A stretch of DNA of 64,000 bases, from NCBI RefSeq assembly GCF_009914755.1, contig NC_060925.1; one strand, 5' to 3'. The translations under genes and the position numbers were made by a program. Of this stretch, positions 26,401 through 41,400 are shown piece by piece. The DNA is from the human T2T-CHM13v2.0 reference genome, Homo sapiens. Position 1 is the stretch's first letter. Each line of letters begins with the position of its first letter. Below the pieces are notes generated by a model. The model worked only from the letters and a program-made list of their open reading frames with translations, was not told the origin of the DNA and searched no databases.

Positions 26401-29400
26401 GGAATGGAATGGAATAATCCATGGACTCGAATGCAATCATCATCTAATGGAATCGAATGGAATCATCGAATGGACTCGAATGGAATAATCATTGAACGGA
26501 ATCGAATGGAATCATCATCGGATGGAAATGAATGGAATCATCATCGAATGGAATCGAATAGAATTATGGAATGAAATCCAGTGTGATCATCATCGAATGG
26601 ACCCGAATGGAATCATCATCCAACGGAAGCTAATGGAATCAACATCGAATGAATCAAATGGAAACACCATCGAATTGAAACGAATGGAATTATCATGAAA
26701 TTGAAATGGATGGACTCATCATCGAATGGATTCGAATCGAATCATCGAATAAAATTGATTGAAATCATCATCCAATGGAATCGAATGGTATCATTGAATG
26801 GAATCGAATGGAATCATCATCAGATGGAAATGAATGGAATCGTCATAGAATGGAATCGAATGGATTCATTGAATGGAATCAGATGGAATCATCGAATGGA
26901 CTGGAATGGAATCATTGAATGGACTCGAAAGGGATCATTATTGAATGGAATTGAATGGAATCATCGAATGGTCTCGATTGGAATCATTACCAAATGGAAT
27001 CGAATGGAATCACCGAATAGAATCGAATGGAACAATCATCGAATGGACTCAAATGGAATTATCCTCAAATGGAATCGAATGGAATTATCGAATGCAATCG
27101 AATGGAATTATCGAATGCAATCGAATAGAATCATCGAAAGGACTCGAATGGAATCATCGAATGGAATGGAATGGAACAGTCAATGAACTCGAATGGAATC
27201 ATCATTGAATGGAATCGAATGGAATCATCGAGTGGAATTGAATGGAATTATGATCAAATGGAATCGAATGTAATCATCATCAAATGGAATCAAAAATAAC
27301 CATCATCAATTGGTATTGAATGGAATTGTCATCAAATGGAATTCAAAGGAATCATCATCAAATGGAACCGAATGGAATCCTCATTGAATGGAAATGAAAG
27401 GGGTCATCATCTAATGGAATCGCATGGAATCATCATCAAATGGAATCGAATGGAATCATCATCAAATGGAATCTAATGGAATCATTGAACAGAATTGAAT
27501 GGAATCGTCATCGAATGAATTGAATGCAATCATCGAATGGTCTCGAATGGAATCATCTTCTAATGGAAAGGAATGGAATCATCGCATAGAATCGAATGGA
27601 ATTATCATCGAATGGAATCGAATGGTATCAACACCAAACGGAAAAAAACGGAATTATCGAATGGAATCGAAGAGAATCTTCGAACGGACCCGAATGGAAT
27701 CATCTAATTGAATGGAATGGAATAATCCATGGACTCGAATGCAATCATCATCGAATGGAATCGAATGGAATCATCGAATGGACTCGAATGGAATAATCAT
27801 TGAACGGAATCGAATGGAATCATCATCGGATGGAAACGAATGGAATCATCATCGAATGGAAATGAAAGGAGTCATCATCTAATGGAATTTCATGGAATCA
27901 TCATAAAATGGAATCGAATGGAATCAACATCAAATGGAATCAAATGGAATCATTGAACGGAATTGAATGGAATCGTCATCGAATGAATTGACTGCAATCA
28001 TCGAATGGTCTCGAATGGAATCATCTTCAAATGGAATGGAATGGAATCATCGCATAGAATCGAATGGAATTATCATCGAATGGAATCGAATGGAATCAAC
28101 ATCAAACGGAAAAAAACAGAATTATCGTATGGAATCGAAGAGAATCATCGAATGGACCCGAATGGAATCATCTAATGGAATGGAATGGAATAATCCATGG
28201 ACTCGAATGCAATCATCATCGAATGGAATCGAATGGAATCATCGAATGGACTCGAATGGAATAATCATTGAACGGAATCGAATGGAATCATCATCGGATG
28301 GAAATGAATGGAATCATCATCGAATGGAATCGAATAGAATTATGGAATGAAATCCAGTGTGATCATCATCGAATGGACCCGAATGGAATCATCATCCAAC
28401 GGAAGCTAATGGAATCAACATCGAATGAATCGAATGGAAACACCATCGAATTGAAACGAATGGAATTATCATGAAATTGAAATGGATGGACTCATCATCG
28501 AATGGATTCGAATGGAATCATCGAATAAAATTGATTGAAATCATCATCCAATGGAATCGAATGGTATCATTGAATGGAATCGAATGGAATCTTCATCAGA
28601 TGGAAATGAATGGAATCGTCATAGAATGGAATCGAATGGATTCATTGAATGGAATCAGATGGAATCATCGAATGGACTGGAATGGAATCATTGAATGGAC
28701 TCGAAAGGGATCATTATTGAATGGAATTGAATGGAATCATCGAATGGTCTCGATTGGAATCATTATCAAATGGAATCGAATGGAATCACCGAACAGAATC
28801 GAATGGAACAATCATCGAATGGACTCAAATGGAATTATCCTCAAATGGAATCGAATGGAATTATCGAATGCAATCGAATGGAATTATCGAATGCAATCGA
28901 ATAGAATCATCGAATGGACTCGAATGGAATCATCGAATGGAATGGAATGGAACAGTCAATGAACTCGAATGGAATCATCATTGAATGGAATCGAATGGAA
29001 TCATCGAGTGGAATCAAATGGAATTATGATCAAATGGAATCGAATGTAATCATCATCAAATGGAATCAAAAATAACCATCATCAATTGGTATTGAATGGA
29101 ATTGTCATCAAATGGAATTCAAAGGAATCATCATCAAATGGAACCGAATGGAATCCTCATTGAATGGAAATGAAAGGGGTCATCATCTAATGGAATCGCA
29201 TGGAATCATCATCAAATGGAATCGAATGGAATCATCATCAAATGGAATCTAATGGAATCATTGAACAGAATTGAATGGAATCGTCATCGAATGAATTGAA
29301 TGCAATCATCGAATGGTCTCGAATGGAATCATCTTCTAATGGAAAGGAATGGAATCATCGCATAGAATCGAATGGAATTATCATCGAATGGAATCGAATG

Positions 29401-32400
29401 GTATCAACACCAAACGGAAAAAAACGGAATTATCGAATGGAATCGAAGAGAATCTTCGAACGGACCCGAATGGAATCATCTAATGGAATGGAATGGAATA
29501 ATCCATGGACTCGAATGCAATCATCATCGAATGGAATGGAATGGAATCATCGAATGGACTCGAATGGAATAATCATTGAACGGAATCGAATGGAATCATC
29601 ATCGGATGGAAACGAATGGAATCATCATCGAATGGAAATGAAAGGAGTCATCATCTAATGGAATTGCATGGAATCATCATAAAATGGAATCGAATGGAAT
29701 CAACATCAAATGGAATCAAATGGAATCATTGAACGGAATTGAATGGAATCGTCATCGAATGAATTGACTGCAATCATCGAATGGTCTCGAATGGAATCAT
29801 CTTCAAATGGAATGGAATGGAATCATCGCATAGAATCGAATGGAATTATCATCGAATGGAATCGAATGGAATCAACATCAAACGGAAAAAAACGGAATTA
29901 TCGAATGGAATCGAAGAGAATCATCGAATGGACCCGAATGGAATCATCTAATGGAATGGAATGGAATAATCCATGGACTCGAATGCAATCATCATCTAAT
30001 GGAATCGAATGGAATCATCGAATGGACTCGAATGGAATAATCATTGAACGGAATCGAATGGAATCATCATCGGATGGAAATGAATGGAATCATCATCGAA
30101 TGGAATCGAATAGAATTATGGAATGAAATCCAGTGTGATCATCATCGAATGGACCCGAATGGAATCATCATCCAACGGAAGCTAATGGAATCAACATCGA
30201 ATGAATCGAATGGAAACACCATCGAATTGAAACGAATGGAATTATCATGAAATTGAAATGGATGGACTCATCATCGAATGGATTCGAATGGAATCATCGA
30301 ATAAAATTGATTGAAATCATCATCCAATGGAATCGAATGGTATCATTGAATGGAATCGAATGGAATCATCATCAGATGGAAATGAATGGAATCGTCATAG
30401 AATGGAATCGAATGGATTCATTGAATGGAATCAGATGGAATCATCGAATGGACTGGAATGGAATCATTGAATGGACTCGAAAGGGATCATTATTGAATGG
30501 AATTGAATGGAATCATCGAATGGTCTCGATTGGAATCATTATCAAATGGAATGGAATGGAATCACCGAATAGAATCGAATGGAACAATCATCGAATGGAC
30601 TCAAATGGAATTATCCTCCAATGGAATCGAATGGAATTATCGAATGCAATCGAATGGAATTATCGAATGCAATCGAATAGAATCATCGAATGGACTCGAA
30701 TGGAATCATCGAATGGAATGGAATGGAACAGTCAATGAACTCGAATGGAATCATCATTGAATGGAATCGAATGGAATCATCGAGTGGAATCGAATGGAAT
30801 TATGATCAAATGGAATCGAATGTAATCCTCATCAAATGGAATCAAAAATAACCATCATCAATTGGTATTGAATGGAATTGTCATCAAATGGAATTCAAAG
30901 GAATCATCATCAAATGGAACCGAATGGAATCCTCATTGAATGGAAATGAAAGGGGTCATCATCTAATGGAATCGCATGGAATCATCATCAAATGGAATCG
31001 AATGGAATCATCATCAAATGGAATCTAATGGAATCATTGAACAGAATTGAATGGAATCGTCATCGAATGAATTGAATGCAATCATCGAATGGTCTCGAAT
31101 GGAATCATCTTCTAATGGAAAGGAATGGAATCATCGCATAGAATCGAATGGAATTATCATCGAATGGAATCGAATGGTATCAACATCAAACGGAAAAAAA
31201 CGGAATTATCGAATGGAATCGAAGAGAATCTTCGAACGGACCCGAATGGAATCATCTAATGGAATGGAATGGAATAATCCATGGACTCGAATGCAATCAT
31301 CATCGAATGGAATGGAATGGAATCATCGAATGGACTCGAATGGAATAATCATTGAACGGAATCGAATGGAATCATCATCGGATGGAAACGAATGGAATCA
31401 TCATCGAATGGAAATGAAAGGAGTCATCATCTAATGGAATTGCATGGAATCATCATAAAATGGAATCGAATGGAATCAACATCAAATGGAATCAAATGGA
31501 ATCATTGAACGGAATTGAATGGAATCGTCATCGAATGAGTTGACTGCAATCATCGAATGGTCTCGAATGGAATCATCTTCAAATGGAATGGAATGGAATC
31601 ATCGCATAGAATCGAATGGAATTATCATCGAATGGAATCGAATGGAATCAACATCAAACGGAAAAAAACGGAATTATCGAATGGAATCGAAGAGAATCAT
31701 CGAATGGACCCGAATGGAATCATCTAATGGAATGAAATGGAATAATCCATGGACTCGAATGCAATCATCATCGAATGGAATCGAATGGAATCATCGAATG
31801 GACTCGAATGGAATAATCATTGAACGGAATCGAATGGAATCATCATCGGATGGAAATGAATGGAATCATCATCGAATGGAATCGAATAGAATTATGGAAT
31901 GAAATCCAGTGTGATCATCATCGAATGGACCCGAATGGAATCATCATCCAACGGAAGCTAATGGAATCAACATCGAATGAATCGAATGGAAACACCATCG
32001 AATTGAAACGAATGGAATTATCATGAAATTGAAATGGATGGACTCATCATCGAATGGATTCGAATGGAATCATCGAATAAAATTGATTGAAATCATCATC
32101 CAATGGAATCGAATGGTATCATTGAATGGAATCGAATGGAATCATCATCAGATGGAAATGAATGGAATCGTCATAGAATGGAATCGAATGGATTCATTGA
32201 ATGGAATCAGATGGAATCATCGAATGGACTGGAATGGAATCATTGAATGGACTCGAAAGGGATCATTATTGAATGGAATTGAATGGAATCATCGAATGGT
32301 CTCGATTGGAATCATTATCAAATGGAATCGAATGGAATCACCGAATAGAATCGAATGGAACAATCATCGAATGGACTCAAATGGAATTATCCTCCAATGG

Positions 32401-35400
32401 AATCGAATGGAATTATCGAATGCAATCGAATGGAATTATCGAATGCAATCGAATAGAATCATCGAATGGACTCGAATGGAATCATCGAATGGAATGGAAT
32501 GGAACAGTCAATGAACTCGAACGGAATCATCATTGAATGGAATCGAATGGAATCATCGAGTGGAATCGAATGGAATTATGATCAAATGGAATCGAATGTA
32601 ATCCTCATCAAATGGAATCAAAAATAACCATCATCAATTGGTATTGAATGGAATTGTCATCAAATGGAATTGAAAGGAATCATCATCAAATGGAACCGAA
32701 TGGAATCCTCATTGATTGGAAATGAAAGTGGTCATCATCTAATGGAATTGCATGGAATCATCATCAAATGGAATCGAATGGAATCATCATGAAATGGAAT
32801 CTAAGGGAATCATTGAACAGAATTGAATGGAATCGTCATCGAATGAATTGAATGCAATCATCGAATGATCTCGAATGGAATCATCTTCAAATGGAAAGGA
32901 ATGGAATCATCGCATAGAATCGAATGGAATTATCATCGAATGGAATCCAATGGTATCAACATCAAACGGAAAAAAACGGAATTATGGAATGGAATAGAAG
33001 AGAATCTTCGAACGGACCCGAATGGAATCATCTAATGGAATGGAATGGAATAATCCATGGACTCGAATGCAATCATCATCAAATGGAATCGAACGGAATC
33101 ATCGAATGGACTCGAATGGAATAATCATTGAACGGAATCGAATGGAATCATCATCGGATGGAAACGAATGGAATCATCATCGAATGGAAATGAAAGGAGT
33201 CATCATCTAATGGAATTGCATGGAATCATCATAAAATGGAATCGAATGGAATCAACATCAAATGGAATCAAATGGAATCATTGAATGGAATTGAATGGAA
33301 TCGTCATCGAATGAATTGAATGCAATCATCGAATGGTCTCGAATGGAATCATCTTCTAATGGAAAGGAATGGAATCATCGCATAGAATCGAATGGAATTA
33401 TCATCGAATGGAATCGAATGGTATCAACACCAAACGGAAAAAAACGGAATTATCGAATGGAATCGAAGAGAATCTTCGAACGGACCCGAATGGAATCATC
33501 TAATGGAATGGAATGGAATAATCCATGGACTCGAATGCAATCATCATCGAATGGAATGGAATGGAATCATCGAATGGACTCGAATGGAATAATCATTGAA
33601 CGGAATCGAATGGAATCATCATCGGATGGAAACGAATGGAATCATCATCGAATGGAAATGAAAGGAGTAATCATCTAATGGAATTGCATGGAATCATCAT
33701 AAAATGGAATCGAATGGAATCAACATCAAATGGAATCAAATGGAATCATTGAACGAAATTGAATGGAATCGTCATCGAATGAATTGACTGCAATCATCGA
33801 ATAGTCTCGAATGGAATCATCTTCAAATGGAATGGAATGGAATCATCGCATAGAATCGAATGGAATTATCATCGAATGGAATCGAATGGAATCAACATCA
33901 AACGGAAAAAAACGGAATTATCGAATGGAATCGAAGAGAATCATCGAATGGACCCGAATGGAATCATCTAATGGAATGGAATGGAATAATCCATGGACTC
34001 GAATGCAATCATCATCTAATGGAATCGAATGGAATCATCGAATGGACTCGAATGGAATAATCATTGAACGGAATCGAATGGAATCATCATCGGATGGAAA
34101 TGAATGGAATCATCATCGAATGGAATCGAATAGAATTATGGAATGAAATCCAGTGTGATCATCATCGAATGGACCCGAATGGAATCACCATCCAACGGAA
34201 GCTAATGGAATCAACATCGAATGAATCAAATGGAAACACCATCGAATTGAAACGAATGGAATTATCATGAAATTGAAATGGATGGACTCATCATCGAATG
34301 GATTCGAATCGAATCATCGAATAAAATTGATTGAAATCATCATCCAATGGAATCGAATGGTATCATTGAATGGAATCGAATGGAATCATCATCAGATGGA
34401 AATGAATGGAATCGTCATAGAATGGAATCGAATGGATTCATTGAATGGAATCAGATGGAATCATCGAATGGACTGGAATGGAATCATTGAATGGACTCGA
34501 AAGGGATCATTATTGAATGGAATTGAATGGAATCATCGAATGGTCTCGATTGGAATCATTACCAAATGGAATCGAATGGAATCACCGAATAGAATCGAAT
34601 GGAACAATCATCGAATGGACTCAAATGGAATTATCCTCAAATGGAATCGAATGGAATTATCGAATGCAATCGAATGGAATTATCGAATGCAATCGAATAG
34701 AATCATCGAAAGGACTCGAATGGAATCATCGAATGGAATGGAATGGAACAGTCAATGAACTCGAATGGAATCATCATTGAATGGAATCGAATGGAATCAT
34801 CGAGTGGAATTGAATGGAATTATGATCAAATGGAATCGAATGTAATCATCATCAAATGGAATCAAAAATAACCATCATCAATTGGTATTGAATGGAATTG
34901 TCATCAAATGGAATTCAAAGGAATCATCATCAAATGGAACCGAATGGAATCCTCATTGAATGGAAATGAAAGGGGTCATCATCTAATGGAATCGCATGGA
35001 ATCATCATCAAATGGAATCGAATGGAATCATCATCAAATGGAATCTAATGGAATCATTGAACAGAATTGAATGGAATCGTCATCGAATGAATTGAATGCA
35101 ATCATCGAATGGTCTCGAATGGAATCATCTTCTAATGGAAAGGAATGGAATCATCGCATAGAATCGAATGGAATTATCATCGAATGGAATCGAATGGTAT
35201 CAACACCAAACGGAAAAAAACGGAATTATCGAATGGAATCGAAGAGAATCTTCGAACGGACCCGAATGGAATCATCTAATTGAATGGAATGGAATAATCC
35301 ATGGACTCGAATGCAATCATCATCGAATGGAATCGAATGGAATCATCGAATGGACTCGAATGGAATAATCATTGAACGGAATCGAATGGAATCATCATCG

Positions 35401-38400
35401 GATGGAAACGAATGGAATCATCATCGAATGGAAATGAAAGGAGTCATCATCTAATGGAATTTCATGGAATCATCATAAAATGGAATCGAATGGAATCAAC
35501 ATCAAATGGAATCAAATGGAATCATTGAACGGAATTGAATGGAATCGTCATCGAATGAATTGACTGCAATCATCGAATGGTCTCGAATGGAATCATCTTC
35601 AAATGGAATGGAATGGAATCATCGCATAGAATCGAATGGAATTATCATCGAATGGAATCGAATGGAATCAACATCAAACGGAAAAAAACAGAATTATCGT
35701 ATGGAATCGAAGAGAATCATCGAATGGACCCGAATGGAATCATCTAATGGAATGGAATGGAATAATCCATGGACTCGAATGCAATCATCATCGAATGGAA
35801 TCGAATGGAATCATCGAATGGACTCGAATGGAATAATCATTGAACGGAATCGAATGGAATCATCATCGGATGGAAATGAATGGAATCATCATCGAATGGA
35901 ATCGAATAGAATTATGGAATGAAATCCAGTGTGATCATCATCGAATGGACCCGAATGGAATCATCATCCAACGGAAGCTAATGGAATCAACATCGAATGA
36001 ATCGAATGGAAACACCATCGAATTGAAACGAATGGAATTATCATGAAATTGAAATGGATGGACTCATCATCGAATGGATTCGAATGGAATCATCGAATAA
36101 AATTGATTGAAATCATCATCCAATGGAATCGAATGGTATCATTGAATGGAATCGAATGGAATCTTCATCAGATGGAAATGAATGGAATCGTCATAGAATG
36201 GAATCGAATGGATTCATTGAATGGAATCAGATGGAATCATCGAATGGACTGGAATGGAATCATTGAATGGACTCGAAAGGGATCATTATTGAATGGAATT
36301 GAATGGAATCATCGAATGGTCTCGATTGGAATCATTATCAAATGGAATCGAATGGAATCACCGAACAGAATCGAATGGAACAATCATCGAATGGACTCAA
36401 ATGGAATTATCCTCAAATGGAATCGAATGGAATTATCGAATGCAATCGAATGGAATTATCGAATGCAATCGAATAGAATCATCGAATGGACTCGAATGGA
36501 ATCATCGAATGGAATGGAATGGAACAGTCAATGAACTCGAATGGAATCATCATTGAATGGAATCGAATGGAATCATCGAGTGGAATCAAATGGAATTATG
36601 ATCAAATGGAATCGAATGTAATCATCATCAAATGGAATCAAAAATAACCATCATCAATTGGTATTGAATGGAATTGTCATCAAATGGAATTCAAAGGAAT
36701 CATCATCAAATGGAACCGAATGGAATCCTCATTGAATGGAAATGAAAGGGGTCATCATCTAATGGAATCGCATGGAATCATCATCAAATGGAATCGAATG
36801 GAATCATCATCAAATGGAATCTAATGGAATCATTGAACAGAATTGAATGGAATCGTCATCGAATGAATTGAATGCAATCATCGAATGGTCTCGAATGGAA
36901 TCATCTTCTAATGGAAAGGAATGGAATCATCGCATAGAATCGAATGGAATTATCATCGAATGGAATCGAATGGTATCAACACCAAACGGAAAAAAACGGA
37001 ATTATCGAATGGAATCGAAGAGAATCTTCGAACGGACCCGAATGGAATCATCTAATGGAATGGAATGGAATAATCCATGGACTCGAATGCAATCATCATC
37101 GAATGGAATGGAATGGAATCATCGAATGGACTCGAATGGAATAATCATTGAACGGAATCGAATGGAACCATCATCGGATGGAAACGAATGGAATCATCAT
37201 CGAATGGAAATGAAAGGAGTCATCATCTAATGGAATTGCATGGAATCATCATAAAATGGAATCGAATGGAATCAACATCAAATGGAATCAAATGGAATCA
37301 TTGAACGGAATTGAATGGAATCGTCATCGAATGAATTGACTGCAATCATCGAATGGTCTCGAATGGAATCATCTTCAAATGGAATGGAATGGAATCATCG
37401 CATAGAATCGAATGGAATTATCATCGAATGGAATCGAATGGAATCAACATCAAACGGAAAAAAACGGAATTATCGAATGGAATCGAAGAGAATCATCGAA
37501 TGGACCCGAATGGAATCATCTAATGGAATGGAATGGAATAATCCATGGACTCGAATGCAATCATCATCTAATGGAATCGAATGGAATCATCGAATGGACT
37601 CGAATGGAATAATCATTGAACGGAATCGAATGGAATCATCATCGGATGGAAATGAATGGAATCATCATCGAATGGAATCGAATAGAATTATGGAATGAAA
37701 TCCAGTGTGATCATCATCGAATGGACCCGAATGGAATCATCATCCAACGGAAGCTAATGGAATCAACATCGAATGAATCGAATGGAAACACCATCGAATT
37801 GAAACGAATGGAATTATCATGAAATTGAAATGGATGGACTCATCATCGAATGGATTCGAATGGAATCATCGAATAAAATTGATTGAAATCATCATCCAAT
37901 GGAATCGAATGGTATCATTGAATGGAATCGAATGGAATCATCATCAGATGGAAATGAATGGAATCGTCATAGAATGGAATCGAATGGATTCATTGAATGG
38001 AATCAGATGGAATCATCGAATGGACTGGAATGGAATCATTGAATGGACTCGAAAGGGATCATTATTGAATGGAATTGAATGGAATCATCGAATGGTCTCG
38101 ATTGGAATCATTATCAAATGGAATGGAATGGAATCACCGAATAGAATCGAATGGAACAATCATCGAATGGACTCAAATGGAATTATCCTCCAATGGAATC
38201 GAATGGAATTATCGAATGCAATCGAATGGAATTATCGAATGCAATCGAATAGAATCATCGAATGGACTCGAATGGAATCATCGAATGGAATGGAATGGAA
38301 CAGTCAATGAACTCGAATGGAATCATCATTGAATGGAATCGAATGGAATCATCGAGTGGAATCGAATGGAATTATGATCAAATGGAATCGAATGTAATCC

Positions 38401-41400
38401 TCATCAAATGGAATCAAAAATAACCATCATCAATTGGTATTGAATGGAATTGTCATCAAATGGAATTCAAAGGAATCATCATCAAATGGAACCGAATGGA
38501 ATCCTCATTGAATGGAAATGAAAGGGGTCATCATCTAATGGAATCGCATGGAATCATCATCAAATGGAATCGAATGGAATCATCATCAAATGGAATCTAA
38601 TGGAATCATTGAACAGAATTGAATGGAATCGTCATCGAATGAATTGAATGCAATCATCGAATGGTCTCGAATGGAATCATCTTCTAATGGAAAGGAATGG
38701 AATCATCGCATAGAATCGAATGGAATTATCATCGAATGGAATCGAATGGTATCAACATCAAACGGAAAAAAACGGAATTATCGAATGGAATCGAAGAGAA
38801 TCTTCGAACGGACCCGAATGGAATCATCTAATGGAATGGAATGGAATAATCCATGGACTCGAATGCAATCATCATCGAATGGAATGGAATGGAATCATCG
38901 AATGGACTCGAATGGAATAATCATTGAACGGAATCGAATGGAATCATCATCGGATGGAAACGAATGGAATCATCATCGAATGGAAATGAAAGGAGTCATC
39001 ATCTAATGGAATTGCATGGAATCATCATAAAATGGAATCGAATGGAATCAACATCAAATGGAATCAAATGGAATCATTGAACGGAATTGAATGGAATCGT
39101 CATCGAATGAGTTGACTGCAATCATCGAATGGTCTCGAATGGAATCATCTTCAAATGGAATGGAATGGAATCATCGCATAGAATCGAATGGAATTATCAT
39201 CGAATGGAATCGAATGGAATCAACATCAAACGGAAAAAAACGGAATTATCGAATGGAATCGAAGAGAATCATCGAATGGACCCGAATGGAATCATCTAAT
39301 GGAATGAAATGGAATAATCCATGGACTCGAATGCAATCATCATCGAATGGAATCGAATGGAATCATCGAATGGACTCGAATGGAATAATCATTGAACGGA
39401 ATCGAATGGAATCATCATCGGATGGAAATGAATGGAATCATCATCGAATGGAATCGAATAGAATTATGGAATGAAATCCAGTGTGATCATCATCGAATGG
39501 ACCCGAATGGAATCATCATCCAACGGAAGCTAATGGAATCAACATCGAATGAATCGAATGGAAACACCATCGAATTGAAACGAATGGAATTATCATGAAA
39601 TTGAAATGGATGGACTCATCATCGAATGGATTCGAATGGAATCATCGAATAAAATTGATTGAAATCATCATCCAATGGAATCGAATGGTATCATTGAATG
39701 GAATCGAATGGAATCATCATCAGATGGAAATGAATGGAATCGTCATAGAATGGAATCGAATGGATTCATTGAATGGAATCAGATGGAATCATCGAATGGA
39801 CTGGAATGGAATCATTGAATGGACTCGAAAGGGATCATTATTGAATGGAATTGAATGGAATCATCGAATGGTCTCGATTGGAATCATTATCAAATGGAAT
39901 CGAATGGAATCACCGAATAGAATCGAATGGAACAATCATCGAATGGACTCAAATGGAATTATCCTCCAATGGAATCGAATGGAATTATCGAATGCAATCG
40001 AATGGAATTATCGAATGCAATCGAATAGAATCATCGAATGGACTCGAATGGAATCATCGAATGGAATGGAATGGAACAGTCAATGAACTCGAATGGAATC
40101 ATCATTGAATGGAATCGAATGGAATCATCGAGTGGAATCGAATGGAATTATGATCAAATGGAATCGAATGTAATCCTCATCAAATGGAATCAAAAATAAC
40201 CATCATCAATTGGTATTGAATGGAATTGTCATCAAATGGAATTCAAAGGAATCATCATCAAATGGAACCGAATGGAATCCTCATTGAATGGAAATGAAAG
40301 GGGTCATCATCTAATGGAATCGCATGGAATCATCATCAAATGGAATCGAATGGAATCATCATCAAATGGAATCTAATGGAATCATTAAACAGAATTGAAT
40401 GGAATCGTCATCGAATGAATTGAATGCAATCATCGAATGGTCTCGAAAGGAATCATCTTCTAATGGAAAGGAATGGAATCATCGCATAGAATCGAATGGA
40501 ATTATCATCGAATGGAATCGAATGGTATCAACACCAAACGGAAAAAAACGGAATTATCGAATGGAATCGAAGAGAATCTTCGAACGGACCCGAATGGAAT
40601 CATCTAATGGAATGGAATGGAATAATCCATGGACTCGAATGCAATCATCATCGAATGGAATCGAATGGAATCATCGAATGGACTCGAATGGAATAATCAT
40701 TGAACGGAATCGAATGGAATCATCATCGGATGGAAACGAATGGAATCATCATCGAATGGAAATGAAAGGAGTCATCATCTAATGGAATTGCATGGAATCA
40801 TCATAAAATGGAATCGAATGGAATCAACATCAAATGGAATCAAATGGAATCATTGAACGGAATTGAATGAAATCGTCATCGAATGAATTGAATGCAATCA
40901 TAGAATGGTCTCGAATGGAATCATCTTCAAATGGAATGGAATGGAATCATCGCATAGAATCGAATGGAATTATCATCGAATGGAATCGAATGGAATCAAC
41001 ATCAAACGGAAAAAAAAGTAATTATCGAATGGAATCGAAGAGAATCATCGAATGGACCCGAATGGAATCATCTAATGGAATGGAATGGAATAATCCATGG
41101 ACTCGAATGCAATCATCATCGAATGGAATCGAATGGAATCATCGAATGGACTCGAATGGAATAATCATTGAACGGAATCGAATGGAATCATCATCGGATG
41201 GAAATGAATGGAATCATCATCGAATGGAATCGAATAGAATTATGGAATGAAATCCAGTGTGATCATCATCGAATGGACCCGAATGGAATCATCATCCAAC
41301 GGAAGCTAATGGAATCAACATCGAATGAATCAAATGGAAACACCATCGAATTGAAACGAATGGAATTATCATGAAATTGAAATGGATGGACTCATCATCG

